From Geosiphon pyriformis uo1 (taxonomy: Eukaryota > Fungi > Glomeromycota): a stretch of 64,000 nucleotides of DNA. The stretch lies in assembly GCA_016748015.1 (NCBI GenBank), contig JAAOMT010000128.1:2301538-2365537 (forward strand), in the 5' to 3' direction. This document shows positions 61,393-64,000 of this stretch, piece by piece; position 1 is the first letter of the stretch; every line of letters begins with the position of its first letter. The notes under the pieces are model-generated. The model was not told where the DNA came from, ran no database searches, and saw only the letters and a list, made by a program, of their open reading frames with translations. Both the position numbers and the translations under genes were made by a program.

Positions 61393-63700
61393 TTTTTTTT
61401 TTATTAGAGTTTAACAAGCAAGGCCCAACCACTATTTAATGCAATATAATTACATAGGGTCTTAAATTAGATGTAGTTCACATATTTTTTACATGTAATC
61501 AGCTATTCGAACCAGTTTAGGCTATACTATGTTGATGCACCAGAAGAAAACTTACCCAAAAATGACATCTTTTGAATAACTAAAAACAGAGTCGCACTAT
61601 AAAGAACCAATCCAACCAGCCATTCAGCTGTTTTTAAGACATCAGCTTTAACATCAATAGGCTTATGTTCTCAAAGGGATAACAAATTAGAAAACACATC
61701 ATCATTCAAACCAACTGGATGCTCTGAATCACCAGACATATTGATATCCTCCATGCAGCATTCTTTTTTTAAAGAAACCACTTCCCTTCCCAACTTACCA
61801 ACAATCTTACTAAAAGAACCCATATGTACCATAACCTTATTGACCTTAAGGCCAAGTTTACTGCTTGAGACCAAATCCCCATTAATAAATTGCTCAAACA
61901 ATTTGACCAAGGAACCAACTGGTTTAACAATAGACTCAACCAAAGTAGAAAGCTTGACCAAATCAGATTCCAAAGAAGCCAACCAGAAAGACACTAAGGA
62001 ATCACCAACAACCATAGAAGAGGAAATAGAAGCCACCAAGGGAGGAAACTCAGAAGAATCCAGGAAAGCAGAAGCTTTTGCATAAGAAACACCATTCACA
62101 AAATGAGACTTGAAAACCTTGTGAACCTTGGGAGTAGGAGGTGGAGAAATCTTGCAATCCACAACCAGATGGCCCATTTCTTGACACCTAAAACAGCGCC
62201 AGCAGCCAGAAGTTTCTCACCAGATATAGCATTTCTTTAGAGTACCAGTCTTGACTACAGCAGAATCTAAATTGCCTTAAGAGTCAAATGTAACCAAAGC
62301 AAACTGGGAACGATGACCAGAATTAGGAGAATAAGGGATGAAACATGTTCAACCACCAATCTGAGAAATCATATTACTGATTTCAAAGGCAGTACAGCCA
62401 AGGAAAAGGTTAACCAATTTGGCCTTAAACTTATTACAAGACAAAATAGTCTCATTTTGATTCACTAGAGAGAAGATTCTAACACTATCCTTGCCCATTA
62501 AGACTGACTAATGCTTCAAGACAAACACAGCAGAGTCTAACTTTTCAAAATAAACCACCACATATTGCTAAATGCCAGCAGGCTTCAGCACAACACGAGT
62601 AACACTACCAAATACATTGAGAGCCAACTTAACATCAGCAGCAGACACAACCAAAGGTACATCACACAGCACAACAGCAGCAGGAAGGGAACCAGATTCA
62701 GAAACCACCAAAGACTTGGCAATTTTGAGAGTGGCCAAATGAACAGAGCTTGTAAGCTTAACCAGAAATACAGCTTTTAAAGACTGTTAAGAAGCAAACT
62801 CCACACAGAAAAGCTTTACATTGTCTTTTGAAACAGATTTAGTACCCAAGAAACCATGCACAGACTGAAAAATACTCTTAACATGAACCAATTTGATCTT
62901 AAAAGTAGCACCAGGCACCAGAGTGGAGGCTACCCACTCAGCAAATCTTTGACAACTAGTAATAGTTTTCCAAGCATCACCAGAAGTAGCACCAGTAACT
63001 AGAGAAGGAGATAAATCAGTTTCTATTTGATCAGTCCAGTTCCCAAGAACAGATGACCCAACAGGAAGAGATTGTTTTGCTTCCACTACCAGCGATGATT
63101 TGCCGGAAGACACCACATTTGGCAACACAGCCAGTAGTTGATCTTGGTCCATCTTGGATGATGTGCCAGATAATGCTATGGAGATCTTATCTAAGATCTC
63201 ATTGGAAACCACAAAGAGGTTCGGTGTAACAATAGCAGAGGCAAGCAACTGCCCCCACTTTTCTGAACTTCTGGTCTTTTTGACCATTTTTTTTAAAGAG
63301 GTGGTGCTAGAAGCACCAGGTGTTAAATCTATAGAAAGGAAGACCAGCTTATTTACTGGTCTATTATTAAAAACTTTTGGGCTCTTGGTTGGGGTGGAGG
63401 CAACACTGGGACTAACTCAGGTGTGTCTCTTTGAGAGGACTTTGACTGGTGAGAAACCAGCCAAAGATGAGGAAGTTACTTCAGTAACTATCAAAGACAG
63501 CTTATTATGATTACTGGATAAGAAAAAGGCTTCTAAAACGTTTTGTCTAGTTGCTTCTACAACAGAGAGAGCTCCTCTGGTTGAAATTTTATTAGATATT
63601 TCAGGACAGATATCAAGTGCAGCTTTTTTATTCTTTGTTCTGGTCGTGGTCATAAAATTAAGGAGACAAAGAGTTTTTTTTATAATATATTTAATATTAA
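61393..63700 (-). mobile_element. ORF1-only non-autonomous LINE-like element (HAL1/HeT-A-like organisation)
   Basis: One frame 63653-61527 (709 codons, only nonsense changes) with three RRM-like units, CFRCQEMGHLVVDC knuckle and coiled coil. The stop is followed directly by a LINE-type 3'UTR and poly(A). No ORF2. Confidence 0.8.
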
Positions 63701-64000
63701 AAACTTGGACAATTTTATTGTAAAAAAAACTTACTATGTTAATTTAGATAAATTAAACAACATTAAATATACAATTTAACAAAGTTATTATTACTATTTT
63801 TGTTAATAATATTGTTATAAATTAAAGTAATAAATTAATAAATAACAAAAAAAAAGACTATTAAAAATAATATAAATTAAAAAAAAAGATAATATATGAA
63901 TATTAACAAGTAATTTTTTATTTATAAATATTCAGATATTTAAAAATTAAAAATTAAAAAAAAATAAGCAATAAAAAAAATATTGAATATATAAATATTA

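Noticed and set aside
21873-63510. Numerous antisense ORFs over LINE and Gypsy sequences
   Set aside because: Shadow frames of TE coding regions with no independent motifs

Overview
Eukaryotic, very AT-rich fungal DNA. The short AT-rich spliceosomal introns and the TE and gene families resemble Glomeromycotina/Mucoromycota, possibly Geosiphon-like; the taxon is an inference. Bases 1-6100 are CpG-retaining intergenic DNA with microsatellites. Most of the rest is a nested transposon graveyard. It holds four large copies of an APE-RT-RNaseH LINE family and several hypermutated LINE relics. It also holds an ORF1-only LINE-like element, two dUTPase-bearing Ty3/Gypsy elements each inserted into a LINE (4-bp TSDs), three solo LTRs and a pogo relic. 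The repeats carry heavy C>T/G>A decay: about 43 differences between one LTR pair, all transitions, in all dinucleotide contexts, suggesting a RIP-like process. A CpG-intact island (12655-17771) sits within this graveyard. It contains a long-TIR element carrying an intron-containing USP-like gene fragment and a truncated Sola-like transposase start. It also contains an apparently intact gene of at least 10 exons for a Crinkler-like PD-(D/E)xK nuclease. The best candidate for an undescribed system is that gene's GC-AG first intron. It folds into about 220 nt of abutting, G-U-rich helices (a near-perfect four-way junction plus two hairpins), i.e. a probable intron-encoded structured RNA paired with a nuclease. 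All alignments, folds and counts were done by eye.
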